Of a stretch of DNA of 64,000 bases, positions 10,672 through 19,453 are shown one piece after another. This DNA comes from Gammaproteobacteria bacterium (GTDB lineage Bacteria; Pseudomonadota; Gammaproteobacteria; Poriferisulfidales; GCA-002705445). The position numbers and the translations under genes were made by a program. The notes under the pieces were generated by a model. That model searched no databases, was not told where the DNA came from, and saw nothing but the letters and a program-made list of their open reading frames with translations. The first letter of the stretch is position 1, and every line of letters begins with the position of its first letter. The stretch covers positions 215,058-279,057 of the forward strand of contig JABHAT010000016.1 in assembly GCA_018674175.1 (NCBI GenBank), given 5' to 3'.

Positions 10672-11398
10672 TTTCTTCTGGGCTCATATAACCTAATATT
10701 AAGCTACCGTCAGGAAGAAATATTGATGGAGTTGAGCCAACACCAATACTACTAATTATTTCCTGATGGTCATTAATTGGGTTTTCACAATTCATACTTT
10801 TAATTTTTTCTTCGCTCTTCAGAAGGCTGAAAGCGCTATTTCTATCTGATGAACACCATGCAGAGACAACTTTTTTCTTTGCACTTGTTTTAATTGCAAA
10901 CACTAGATACCTTACTTTTATGTTATTTTCTAGATAAACTGGGATATCTTTATGAAATTTTCTGCAGTAAGGACAATCTATATCGGTTACAACATTTATA
11001 TAATTCTTTTTACTATCTCCATAAACAAATAATTTTGAATCTGGGATCTTATCTAATAGATTTTTTCTGCCTTGTTCAGCAGAACCTTCGGTAAGGTTTG
11101 TAAAAACATAACCTTTACCTTCTTTTTCTATTTTCTGCAAATTTCCACTCTCAAAAATATACCCGCCGTCTTCAGTTATATATACTATTTCTCCACCATA
11201 ATGAATTTCATATATATTTTCAATGGGAGTTTTTTTAATTTTATCATATTTAATTGTTGGAAAAATTTCTGTCATTCTTTTTTGTAAAAAATTAACTTTT
11301 GAATCACTTACATCGTTAGAATATATATTCTTGCTAGCAAGAAGAAAAATTGACATAAAAATAATTGACTTTACTAGGCTCTTGGATGATTTTTGCAA
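10649..11398 (-). CDS. dsbC: thiol:disulfide interchange protein DsbC family
   Basis: 249-aa ORF with a signal peptide and the CPYC thioredoxin-fold active site, in xerD-dsbC synteny. Confidence 0.88.
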   Translation of the reverse strand: MQKSSKSLVKSIIFMSIFLLASKNIYSNDVSDSKVNFLQKRMTEIFPTIKYDKIKKTPIENIYEIHYGGEIVYITEDGGYIFESGNLQKIEKEGKGYVFTNLTEGSAEQGRKNLLDKIPDSKLFVYGDSKKNYINVVTDIDCPYCRKFHKDIPVYLENNIKVRYLVFAIKTSAKKKVVSAWCSSDRNSAFSLLKSEEKIKSMNCENPINDHQEIISSIGVGSTPSIFLPDGSLILGYMSPEEIIEKIKN

Positions 11399-12273
11399 TG
11401 TAGCTCCTTTAATTCATTCTTAGCAATATGTGTATAAAGTTGTGTTGTTGATAAATCACTATGACCTAATAATAATTGTACAACTCTTAAGTCAGCACCA
11501 TTATTAATCATATGCGTTGCAAATGCATGTCTTAATGTATGCGGAGATAAGTGATCGTTTATTCCTGCTTGTAATGCATACTTCTTGATTATGTGCCAAA
11601 AAGAATGTCGCGTCATTTCTAGCCCCCTATTACTCAAAAATAAAGAATCTGTTTTTCTACTTTTCATAAATTCTGACCTAAAATCTTCAATATATGTTTT
11701 TAAAAAAGTTAGTGCGTAGTCATTTATTGGTATTATTCTTTCTTTACTTCCCTTGCCCATTACTCTCAAAAAATTACTTTCAATAACAACTTGTGAAAAT
11801 TTTAATGACACAAGCTCAGAAACCCTAAGTCCACATGCGTATAGAATTTCTAGCATAGCTTTATCTCTAGCTCCAAATCTGGTTTTTAAATCTGGTGAAT
11901 TAAGTAATTTATCTACACTTTCAACATCTATAGTGTGCGGTAAAAGCTTAACTTTTCTTGGACTTTCAATATTTTCAGTTGGATTTTTCTTAATAAAATT
12001 ATGCGAAACTAAATATATAAAAAATTTTTTTAAAGATGATATTAACCTCATATTACTGCTTGAAGATATTCCTTTTGAAAATCGAAAAGACACAAATGAA
12101 TTAATATCGGATTGCTGAACTTTAAACAATTTAACTTTATTATCATTCAGAAAAATTAAAAAGCTTTTTATATCATGCTCATATGATACTAAGGTATTTT
12201 TAGACAACCCTTGTTCGGCCCATACACTATCAAGAAAACTGTCTAGATAATCATTATGTGATATATTTTTCAT
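11374..12273 (-). CDS. xerD: site-specific tyrosine recombinase XerD
   Basis: 299-aa ORF with HTLRHAFATH and LLGHSDLSTTQLYTH catalytic boxes, immediately upstream of dsbC as in E. coli. Confidence 0.92.
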   Translation of the reverse strand: MKNISHNDYLDSFLDSVWAEQGLSKNTLVSYEHDIKSFLIFLNDNKVKLFKVQQSDINSFVSFRFSKGISSSSNMRLISSLKKFFIYLVSHNFIKKNPTENIESPRKVKLLPHTIDVESVDKLLNSPDLKTRFGARDKAMLEILYACGLRVSELVSLKFSQVVIESNFLRVMGKGSKERIIPINDYALTFLKTYIEDFRSEFMKSRKTDSLFLSNRGLEMTRHSFWHIIKKYALQAGINDHLSPHTLRHAFATHMINNGADLRVVQLLLGHSDLSTTQLYTHIAKNELKELHCKNHPRA

Positions 12274-12327
12274 TATACTAATAATATAATAATGTAATTA
12301 TAAAGCTATTACAATTCGGGAAAGAAA

Positions 12328-12792
12328 ATGAAATGCATTTCAATTTGGAGAAGAGTAGCCTCATTACTATATGATACCGTGCTTATAATTGCGTTAGTGA
12401 TAATTATGTATATGCCCTTATTAAGCTTCGATATTGAAGGAAACACTGTCCTTAAAATTACTGCGCAAATATATGTATATTTAATAATACAGTATTTCTT
12501 TGTCTGGTTTTGGGTCAATGGCAATGGAACGCTAGGAATGAAATCTTGGAAGGTAAAAATTTTGGACACTAGTGGTAATAAAATTACATATAAAAAAGCA
12601 ATTATTAGATTTAATGTATCTCTAATATATTTCTTAATTGTAGGATTTTTAATATTTATTTATTATAAGTATTCAGAAACAAACTATTTTTTATTAGCGC
12701 TTTCTTCAATAGTTACATTAGTTCCATTAATTAGGAAAGATAGAAGATTTTTGCATGATATTATTTCGAAAACAATTTTAATAAAAATTTAG
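12328..12792 (+). CDS. RDD-family membrane protein
   Basis: 154-aa ORF with three predicted TM segments and an N-terminal WRRVASLLYDTVLI pattern typical of RDD domains. An RDD gene next to lptG is seen in other gammaproteobacteria (from memory). Confidence 0.65.
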   Translation: MKCISIWRRVASLLYDTVLIIALVIIMYMPLLSFDIEGNTVLKITAQIYVYLIIQYFFVWFWVNGNGTLGMKSWKVKILDTSGNKITYKKAIIRFNVSLIYFLIVGFLIFIYYKYSETNYFLLALSSIVTLVPLIRKDRRFLHDIISKTILIKI

Positions 12793-13855
12793 TTCCGTAT
12801 AATCTTTGAATAATTAACAAACTAATTATTAATAAAATTACTATTGGTAGAAAAGACCCTATTACTGGAGGAATATCTATAATTATAGATAGTTTACTGA
12901 TAGTCTGATTAAATAAAAATAAACTTACTCCTGTTAAAATACCAATAAATATTCTTTGGCCAAAACTTGCTGACCTTATGTTTGAATGAACAAAAGGAGT
13001 CGTTAGTAAAAACATTACTAAACATGAAATTGGTACTGAAAATTTTGACCAATAAGCCAACTCATATCCTTTAGACTCCATTGAATTATTTTTTAAATAT
13101 TGAATATATTTTTTTAATTGCATTAGTGTCATTTGATTTGGCTTTATGACCATAATGTCAAATAAATCTAAATCTACAAATTCATCAAATGTTGCGACTT
13201 TATGACTTTTGATTTCAATATCCTTATTCTCAAAACTTGATAACGTTATATTTGTCATAAACCATTTACCATCTTTATAATAACCTTCTTCTGCATATAT
13301 TGACTCTAACAACTGCTGTTTTTCATTAAAACGATAAAGTGATATTTCTTGAACAATTTTATCTGGGTAAACTTTTGCAATATGAATAAAACTATTTTTA
13401 CTTTTTATCCATATTCCATCGGTATTTTTCATACTTAGTCTAGTCGATTCTCCAAGATTTCTAATATTATTGGCCAACTGCTGACCTTTAGGAGCTACAA
13501 ATTCACCTATTAAAAATGTTAACATAACTATTACTAAGCCAGATTTTAGAGCTATAACAATAATTTTTGCAAATGATAAGCCTGATGATTTTGCTGCATT
13601 TAGCTCACTAGTACTTGAAAGCTTACTTAAGCCAATCAAGCTACCCATAAGTGTTGCTATTGGAAGAACCTCGTATATATTTTGTGGAGTATTTAATATT
13701 ACGTAAAAAAATGCTAGCGATACCGGGTAACCATCATTAACTTTTTTTAATTCATCAACCAAATCTAATAACCCAACTACCACTACTAAAACTCCGAGAA
13801 CTGCAAATATTGAAAATAAGATTTGTTTAGCAATATATTTGTCTAAAATTTTCAT
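12761..13855 (-). CDS. lptG: LPS export ABC permease LptG
   Basis: 364-aa YjgP/YjgQ-type permease (MKILDKYIAKQI N-terminus), second gene after lptF. Confidence 0.9.
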   Translation of the reverse strand: MKILDKYIAKQILFSIFAVLGVLVVVVGLLDLVDELKKVNDGYPVSLAFFYVILNTPQNIYEVLPIATLMGSLIGLSKLSSTSELNAAKSSGLSFAKIIVIALKSGLVIVMLTFLIGEFVAPKGQQLANNIRNLGESTRLSMKNTDGIWIKSKNSFIHIAKVYPDKIVQEISLYRFNEKQQLLESIYAEEGYYKDGKWFMTNITLSSFENKDIEIKSHKVATFDEFVDLDLFDIMVIKPNQMTLMQLKKYIQYLKNNSMESKGYELAYWSKFSVPISCLVMFLLTTPFVHSNIRSASFGQRIFIGILTGVSLFLFNQTISKLSIIIDIPPVIGSFLPIVILLIISLLIIQRLYGTKFLLKLFSK

Positions 13856-13858
13856 CTG

Positions 13859-15139
13859 CTACCTTTTATAGTTTTTAATATAAAATTTTAAATTACTATA
13901 ACTTTTTATTTGTAATTTTTTTATAATATAAATTAAATAGCAAGATAGTAGCGCTAAAATATGCACCCACCAAGTGCCAACAAAAGAAAATAAATTTGAG
14001 TTTTTTTGTACTTCGTTAACAGAAACAATTGCCAAATTTGAATAAATAAAATATATGATTATTGCAAAAAGTAGATTTGAATATTTATTTTGTCTAGGTG
14101 CTACATCTCCAAGAACAAACGCAAACAATATTAAAATTAACGTAGAAAGGGGTGCAAAGAGCCTCCATTGTATTTCTGCGCTCGATAAAGCTTTATTATC
14201 ATCATAAATAAGATCAGATATACTTTTCATCCTATAATTTAATGAAAATTCTGGCGTAGTGTTAACAAGCTTAACCTCATGCTCATCATATTTCATAACT
14301 TGAAAGTTCCCAGTTCCGGGAGTGCCTGTGTATCTTTGTCCATTTTTTAAGACAAGTCTTCTAATTCCATTCTCAATAAATTCGTTGCCTTCTTCAGCTG
14401 TCTCAATTGAGATTTTATTATTATCAGAACTTTTTATAAATATTTTTTTTGATACTTCATTTTCTATTTCTTCAACAAAAATTATCCAGTTCTTATTCTT
14501 CATCTGAATAAATTTTCCAGGAGTTGTTAAACCGATTTCTGACGTTGCGGCAGCTTCTATTTTCTTTGTTTGAATTTCTGTTATTAATATTGGAGAAATA
14601 AACATGTTAAGGGTAAAAATTATGATAAATAATGGAATAGAAACTATGTAAAATATTTTTGTAAATACGGTCTTGTAATTGCCAGATGCCTTTAAGGCAT
14701 ATATTTCACCGTCTCTATACAATTTAGATAGGGATATAATCAAACCTATCATCAGGGCAAATGGCAGAAGAAGAATTATTGACTTTGATGTGCTTAGGAA
14801 TAGTAATGAAAAAATCATTTCAATATCAAATCTACCTTCAACAACATATTCGAGAAGTTTTACAAATAACCTTCCCACTATAACTAAGATCAAAACTGAT
14901 AATACGGACAAAAAAGCGAATATAAAATTTTTTAATATGTATTTATCTAATATTGTTAATTTTTCAATTTTTAGTTTTTTAAATGTGTTTAATGATAGGA
15001 TAAAATTCTTATTTTGATATATAACAAATATAGTTATAATTTTCTTTTTAAATTGATATAATTTATATTTACAAGAATTGTAAATATCCAACCATTTTTC
15101 TTTATTTTTGGTATATTTAGAGTTATTTTTCATAATCAA
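13859..15139 (-). CDS. lptF: LPS export ABC permease LptF with about 60-aa N-terminal extension
   Basis: 426-aa ORF. The canonical LptF N-terminus (ILDKYILKNF) begins near residue 63. There is no in-frame ATG/GTG/TTG between residue 3 and about 105, so the extension appears obligatory. Divergent from pepA as in E. coli and Pseudomonas. Confidence 0.85.
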   Translation of the reverse strand: MIMKNNSKYTKNKEKWLDIYNSCKYKLYQFKKKIITIFVIYQNKNFILSLNTFKKLKIEKLTILDKYILKNFIFAFLSVLSVLILVIVGRLFVKLLEYVVEGRFDIEMIFSLLFLSTSKSIILLLPFALMIGLIISLSKLYRDGEIYALKASGNYKTVFTKIFYIVSIPLFIIIFTLNMFISPILITEIQTKKIEAAATSEIGLTTPGKFIQMKNKNWIIFVEEIENEVSKKIFIKSSDNNKISIETAEEGNEFIENGIRRLVLKNGQRYTGTPGTGNFQVMKYDEHEVKLVNTTPEFSLNYRMKSISDLIYDDNKALSSAEIQWRLFAPLSTLILILFAFVLGDVAPRQNKYSNLLFAIIIYFIYSNLAIVSVNEVQKNSNLFSFVGTWWVHILALLSCYLIYIIKKLQIKSYSNLKFYIKNYKR

Positions 15140-15163
15140 TAATTACAAAGAGGCATTAAAATC

Positions 15164-16669
15164 ATGCAATACGATTTAACCGATAATATAACATCAAATA
15201 CTCCTAATGGGTCAGCAATATTTGGAGTATTTTCCGATAAAAGTACAAAAGAATTGGAAAAATCACTTAGTTCCTTAGATGTAGCTAAGATTAAAGAAAC
15301 TATAAAAAAGTCTTCTTTTGAGGGGAAAATCAATCAATCTCTATGTGTGTATGAGACGTCTAATAAAAAATTAGATAAAATCTACCTTATTGGGCTAGGC
15401 GAAAAAAATAAATATAATGAAAAAAAATTTTTAAAATCTATTAACTCATTCTCTAAAATTTGTAAGACTGAAAATATTAAAAATATTTACCTAGGTGTTA
15501 GTTCATTTATAAACGATAAATTTAGTATAGATTGGGCAATTAGAAATATATCAATTCACATCAATGGAATTGATTATCATTATGATAAAACAAAAAATAA
15601 AACAAAAAATAAAAATAATTACAAGGTTAGCAAGTTGTTTTTTGTGTTTGATTCAATTAAGAAAAATTACAAGCAAGATATAAAAAAATATTTTTCACAA
15701 GGTGAGGCTATAGCTAATGGAATAAAGCTTGCTAAAAATCTTGGAGACCTTCCAAGTAATATTTGTACTCCAACTTATCTTGCAAAAACAGCAACATCTC
15801 TTGGGAAAACAAATAAAAATCTAAATATAAAAATTCATGATGAAAAAGAAATGAAAAAAATGGGTATGAATTGTTTATTGTCAGTAGGTAATGGAAGTGA
15901 CGAGCCATCTAAATTGATAACTATCAATTATAGTGGAGGAGCAAAAAATGAAAAACCTATTGTGTTAGTTGGTAAAGGTATAACTTTTGATACTGGTGGT
16001 ATATCAATAAAACCAAGTAACGGTATGGATGAAATGAAATATGATATGTGTGGGGCCGCAAGTGTCATAGGAACAATGAAATCTATCAGTGAACTTAATC
16101 TAAAAATTAATGTAGTAGCCATTGTTGCTTCTGCAGAAAACATGCCTAGTGGTTCTGCTACGAATCCTGGGGATGTTGTTACTACAATGTCTGGTCAGAC
16201 TGTTGAAATACTTAATACAGATGCTGAAGGTAGGTTAGTATTATGTGATGCGCTAACTTATTCCTTAAAATTCAAACCTAAACATATAATTGATGTTGCA
16301 ACGCTTACAGGAGCAGTTCTTGTTGCGCTTGGAAAAGTCGCAAGTGGCGTACTGTCAAACGATGAAGAGCTTACTGAAAAATTAAAAAATAGCTCAAATA
16401 TTAGTCATGACTATATATGGGAATTACCAATGTGGGAAGAATTTCAATCTGAGTTAGATAGTAATTTTGCAGATATTGCTAATATAGGAAAAAGATATGC
16501 TGGAACAATTACTGCTGCTTGTTTCTTATCAAGATTCACTGAGAATTATAGTTGGGCGCACCTTGATATAGCTGGAACGGCTTGGAATGAAGGAGCAAAT
16601 AAAGGTGGTACAGGAAGACCTGTTTCTTTATTAACACATTTTCTACTTGAACATGCTAAGTCCCTATAA
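15164..16669 (+). CDS. pepA: leucyl aminopeptidase (M17)
   Basis: 501-aa ORF with VGKGITFDTGGISIKP and NTDAEGRLVLCDAL M17 signatures. Confidence 0.95.
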   Translation: MQYDLTDNITSNTPNGSAIFGVFSDKSTKELEKSLSSLDVAKIKETIKKSSFEGKINQSLCVYETSNKKLDKIYLIGLGEKNKYNEKKFLKSINSFSKICKTENIKNIYLGVSSFINDKFSIDWAIRNISIHINGIDYHYDKTKNKTKNKNNYKVSKLFFVFDSIKKNYKQDIKKYFSQGEAIANGIKLAKNLGDLPSNICTPTYLAKTATSLGKTNKNLNIKIHDEKEMKKMGMNCLLSVGNGSDEPSKLITINYSGGAKNEKPIVLVGKGITFDTGGISIKPSNGMDEMKYDMCGAASVIGTMKSISELNLKINVVAIVASAENMPSGSATNPGDVVTTMSGQTVEILNTDAEGRLVLCDALTYSLKFKPKHIIDVATLTGAVLVALGKVASGVLSNDEELTEKLKNSSNISHDYIWELPMWEEFQSELDSNFADIANIGKRYAGTITAACFLSRFTENYSWAHLDIAGTAWNEGANKGGTGRPVSLLTHFLLEHAKSL

Positions 16670-16699
16670 AAGATTCTCTATTATTTTTAATTTAATTAT

Positions 16700-19441
16700 A
16701 TGATTGACAATAAATACAATCCATCTGAAATTGAAGGTAAATGGTACAAAGAATGGGAAGAAAATAAAATTTTCTCTCCTTCGGGAGATGGGGAACCCTA
16801 CTGTATTATGATTCCACCTCCTAATGTTACTGGAACATTACATATGGGGCATGCTTTTCAAGTTACATTAATGGACATCTTATGTAGATATCATAGAATG
16901 CTTGGAAATAAAACTCTATGGCAGGCCGGTACTGACCATGCAGGGATAGCAACGCAAATGGTTGTTGAAAGAAAATTAACAGCACAAGGTATATCTAGAA
17001 CAGACTTAGGTAGAGAAAAATTTATTGATCAAGTGTGGGACTGGAAAAGTCAATCTGGAGACATAATAACAAAGCAGCTAAGGAGAATGGGGGCTTCACT
17101 TGATTGGGGGAGTGAAAGATTTACTTTGGATGAAGGGTTATCGATTGCAGTAAGTAAAGTTTTTATAGACTTATACGAAGAAGGCTTAATTTATAAAGGA
17201 AAAAGATTGGTTAATTGGGATCCAGTTCTTCAAACCGCATTATCTGATCTTGAAGTAATATCCTCAGAAGAGAATGGTAAAATATGGCAAATAAAATATT
17301 TTCTGGAAAATGATGCTGAAAATTATTTAGAAATTGCTACTACAAGACCAGAAACTATTCTAGGAGATACTGCAGTTGCAGTAAATCCGCTTGATGAAAA
17401 ATATAAGAAATATATAGGTAAAAATGTGATTGTACCTATAACAGGAAAAAAAGTTCCTATAATATCTGATGAATATGTTGATATGGAATTTGGTACAGGA
17501 TGTCTGAAGATTACGCCTGCCCACGATTTCAATGATTACGAGATTGCAAAAAAACATAACTTAGAAATAATAAATATTTTTGACACATCTGCAAGAGTTA
17601 AGTGTGATTTTAAAGAATACAATAATCTTGATAGATTTGAGGCAAGAAAGAAAATTCTCTCTGAATTACAAGAATCTAATAATCTTACTAAAGTTTCTGA
17701 TCATAAAATGGTTATACCTAGAGGAGACAGAAGTCACTCTATTATTGAACCTTTAATGACAGATCAGTGGTATGTAAAAATAAAACCATTGGCTGAAGAA
17801 GCTATACGATGCGTTAAAGAAAAAGAGATAAAATTTGTGCCTGAAAATTGGGAAAAAACTTATTTTGAATGGATGAATAATATCCAGGATTGGTGCATTA
17901 GTAGACAACTTTGGTGGGGGCATAGAATACCAGCATGGTATGACGAGGAAAAAAATATTTATGTTGGTAAAGATGAGATTGATGTTAGAAAAAAATATGA
18001 TATAAAAAGCCAAACTATTTTAACTCAAGATGAAGATGTCTTGGACACATGGTTTTCTTCTTCACTTTGGCCATTTTCAACTTTAGGATGGCCAAATGAA
18101 ACTGAAAGGGTTAAAACTTTTTATCCAACTAGTGTTCTCATAACGGGATTTGATATTATATTTTTTTGGGTGGCAAGAATGATTATGATGGGGAAAAAAT
18201 TTGTTGGCGAGGTTCCATTTAAAGAAATTTATGTTCACGGTTTAGTAAAAGACTCGTCTGGAAAAAAAATGTCTAAATCGAAAGGCAATATAATTGACCC
18301 AATTGATTTAATTGATGGAATTAAATTAGAAGACTTAATAAATAAAAGAGCATCTGATCTTATGCAGCCAGAAATGGCAGAAAAAATTAAAAAAAATACA
18401 AAAAAAGAATACCCTCATGGAATAGATTCATATGGTACTGATGCGCTAAGGTTTACATTTGCTTCACTAGCAAGTAACGGACGAGATATAAATTTTAATT
18501 TAAAAAGAGTAGAGGGTTATAGAAACTTTTGTAATAAATTATGGAATGCTGCTAGGTACGTTAAAATGCAAAGTCAAAATCAATCATATGATATTGAATC
18601 TGAAAAATTTAGTGACGAAGATTTTTGGATTAGAAAAAAGCTAAGCACTTTAATAACAGATACGAAAGAAAGTTATAAAAATTATAGATTTGATTACGCT
18701 GCAAAAAATTTATATAGTTTTGTTTGGCAAGATTACTGTAACTGGTATATTGAAATATCAAAATCAAAATTAAATAAAGATAATATTTCAGAGGTTGAAA
18801 AAAGTATAATAATTTATAACTTAAGAGATGTGCTAAAAAATATACTATTACTTTTACACCCCATAATGCCATTTATTACTGAAGAAATTTATCATGACAT
18901 GTATGGAGAAGGAAAATTTTTACAGGATAATAGTTATCCTAATGCAGAAAAATTTTCTAATGATTTAGATGTAAGCAATATTAGCTGGATGATAGATATT
19001 GTATCAGCAATAAGAAAGACTAGATCTGAGATAGGCGTTCAACCAAATAAAGTTATTGAGGTGGTTATTGTTGGTGAAAATAATAAAGATAAGTTATTTT
19101 TTAAAAATCTTTCTAGCTTAATAATGGATCTAGCTAAAATTAATAAGTTTAGCTTTGGAAAAGAAGATATAAATCAAAATTACTATACTTGTATTTCTAA
19201 TAATTTAAAATTATTAATTCCATCGTCAGATCTCATAGATATTGACTCTGAAATCGATAGGCTCTCAAGGGAAAAAGCAAAATATATTAAACAGGCTGGA
19301 GGCATTGAGGTGAGATTAGCAAATTCTGAGTTCATTAAAAATGCACCTGGACATGTTGTCGTTGCTGACGAGCAAAAATTAAAGGATCTTAAAATGCAAA
19401 CCTTAAAAATAGACGAGCAACTAAAAAATTATTCTAAATAA
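16700..19441 (+). CDS. valS: valine--tRNA ligase
   Basis: 913-aa ORF with PPPNVTGTLHMGHA (HIGH), KMSKSKGN (KMSKS) and a C-terminal coiled coil. Confidence 0.97.
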   Translation: MIDNKYNPSEIEGKWYKEWEENKIFSPSGDGEPYCIMIPPPNVTGTLHMGHAFQVTLMDILCRYHRMLGNKTLWQAGTDHAGIATQMVVERKLTAQGISRTDLGREKFIDQVWDWKSQSGDIITKQLRRMGASLDWGSERFTLDEGLSIAVSKVFIDLYEEGLIYKGKRLVNWDPVLQTALSDLEVISSEENGKIWQIKYFLENDAENYLEIATTRPETILGDTAVAVNPLDEKYKKYIGKNVIVPITGKKVPIISDEYVDMEFGTGCLKITPAHDFNDYEIAKKHNLEIINIFDTSARVKCDFKEYNNLDRFEARKKILSELQESNNLTKVSDHKMVIPRGDRSHSIIEPLMTDQWYVKIKPLAEEAIRCVKEKEIKFVPENWEKTYFEWMNNIQDWCISRQLWWGHRIPAWYDEEKNIYVGKDEIDVRKKYDIKSQTILTQDEDVLDTWFSSSLWPFSTLGWPNETERVKTFYPTSVLITGFDIIFFWVARMIMMGKKFVGEVPFKEIYVHGLVKDSSGKKMSKSKGNIIDPIDLIDGIKLEDLINKRASDLMQPEMAEKIKKNTKKEYPHGIDSYGTDALRFTFASLASNGRDINFNLKRVEGYRNFCNKLWNAARYVKMQSQNQSYDIESEKFSDEDFWIRKKLSTLITDTKESYKNYRFDYAAKNLYSFVWQDYCNWYIEISKSKLNKDNISEVEKSIIIYNLRDVLKNILLLLHPIMPFITEEIYHDMYGEGKFLQDNSYPNAEKFSNDLDVSNISWMIDIVSAIRKTRSEIGVQPNKVIEVVIVGENNKDKLFFKNLSSLIMDLAKINKFSFGKEDINQNYYTCISNNLKLLIPSSDLIDIDSEIDRLSREKAKYIKQAGGIEVRLANSEFIKNAPGHVVVADEQKLKDLKMQTLKIDEQLKNYSK

Positions 19442-19453
19442 ATGAATATTTTT

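Noticed and set aside
12274-12327. dif-like sequence (ATAATGTAATTATAAAG) in the spacer just upstream of xerD.
   Set aside because: Only the AT-rich central part resembles the E. coli dif site (CATAATGTATATTATGTTAAAT). The conserved XerD arm TTATGTTAAAT is absent, and such similarity is expected by chance in AT-rich DNA.
15136-15333. 65-aa ORF on the minus strand spanning the lptF-pepA junction.
   Set aside because: It lies antisense to the conserved pepA N-terminus and overlaps the lptF start. It has no motif or RBS.
15587-15610. 12-nt tandem duplication (AAAACAAAAAAT x2) encoding KTKNKTKN inside pepA.
   Set aside because: It is an in-frame, two-copy low-complexity insertion in the variable N-terminal domain of PepA. 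This is typical A-rich slippage in AT-rich genomes and shows no sign of function.
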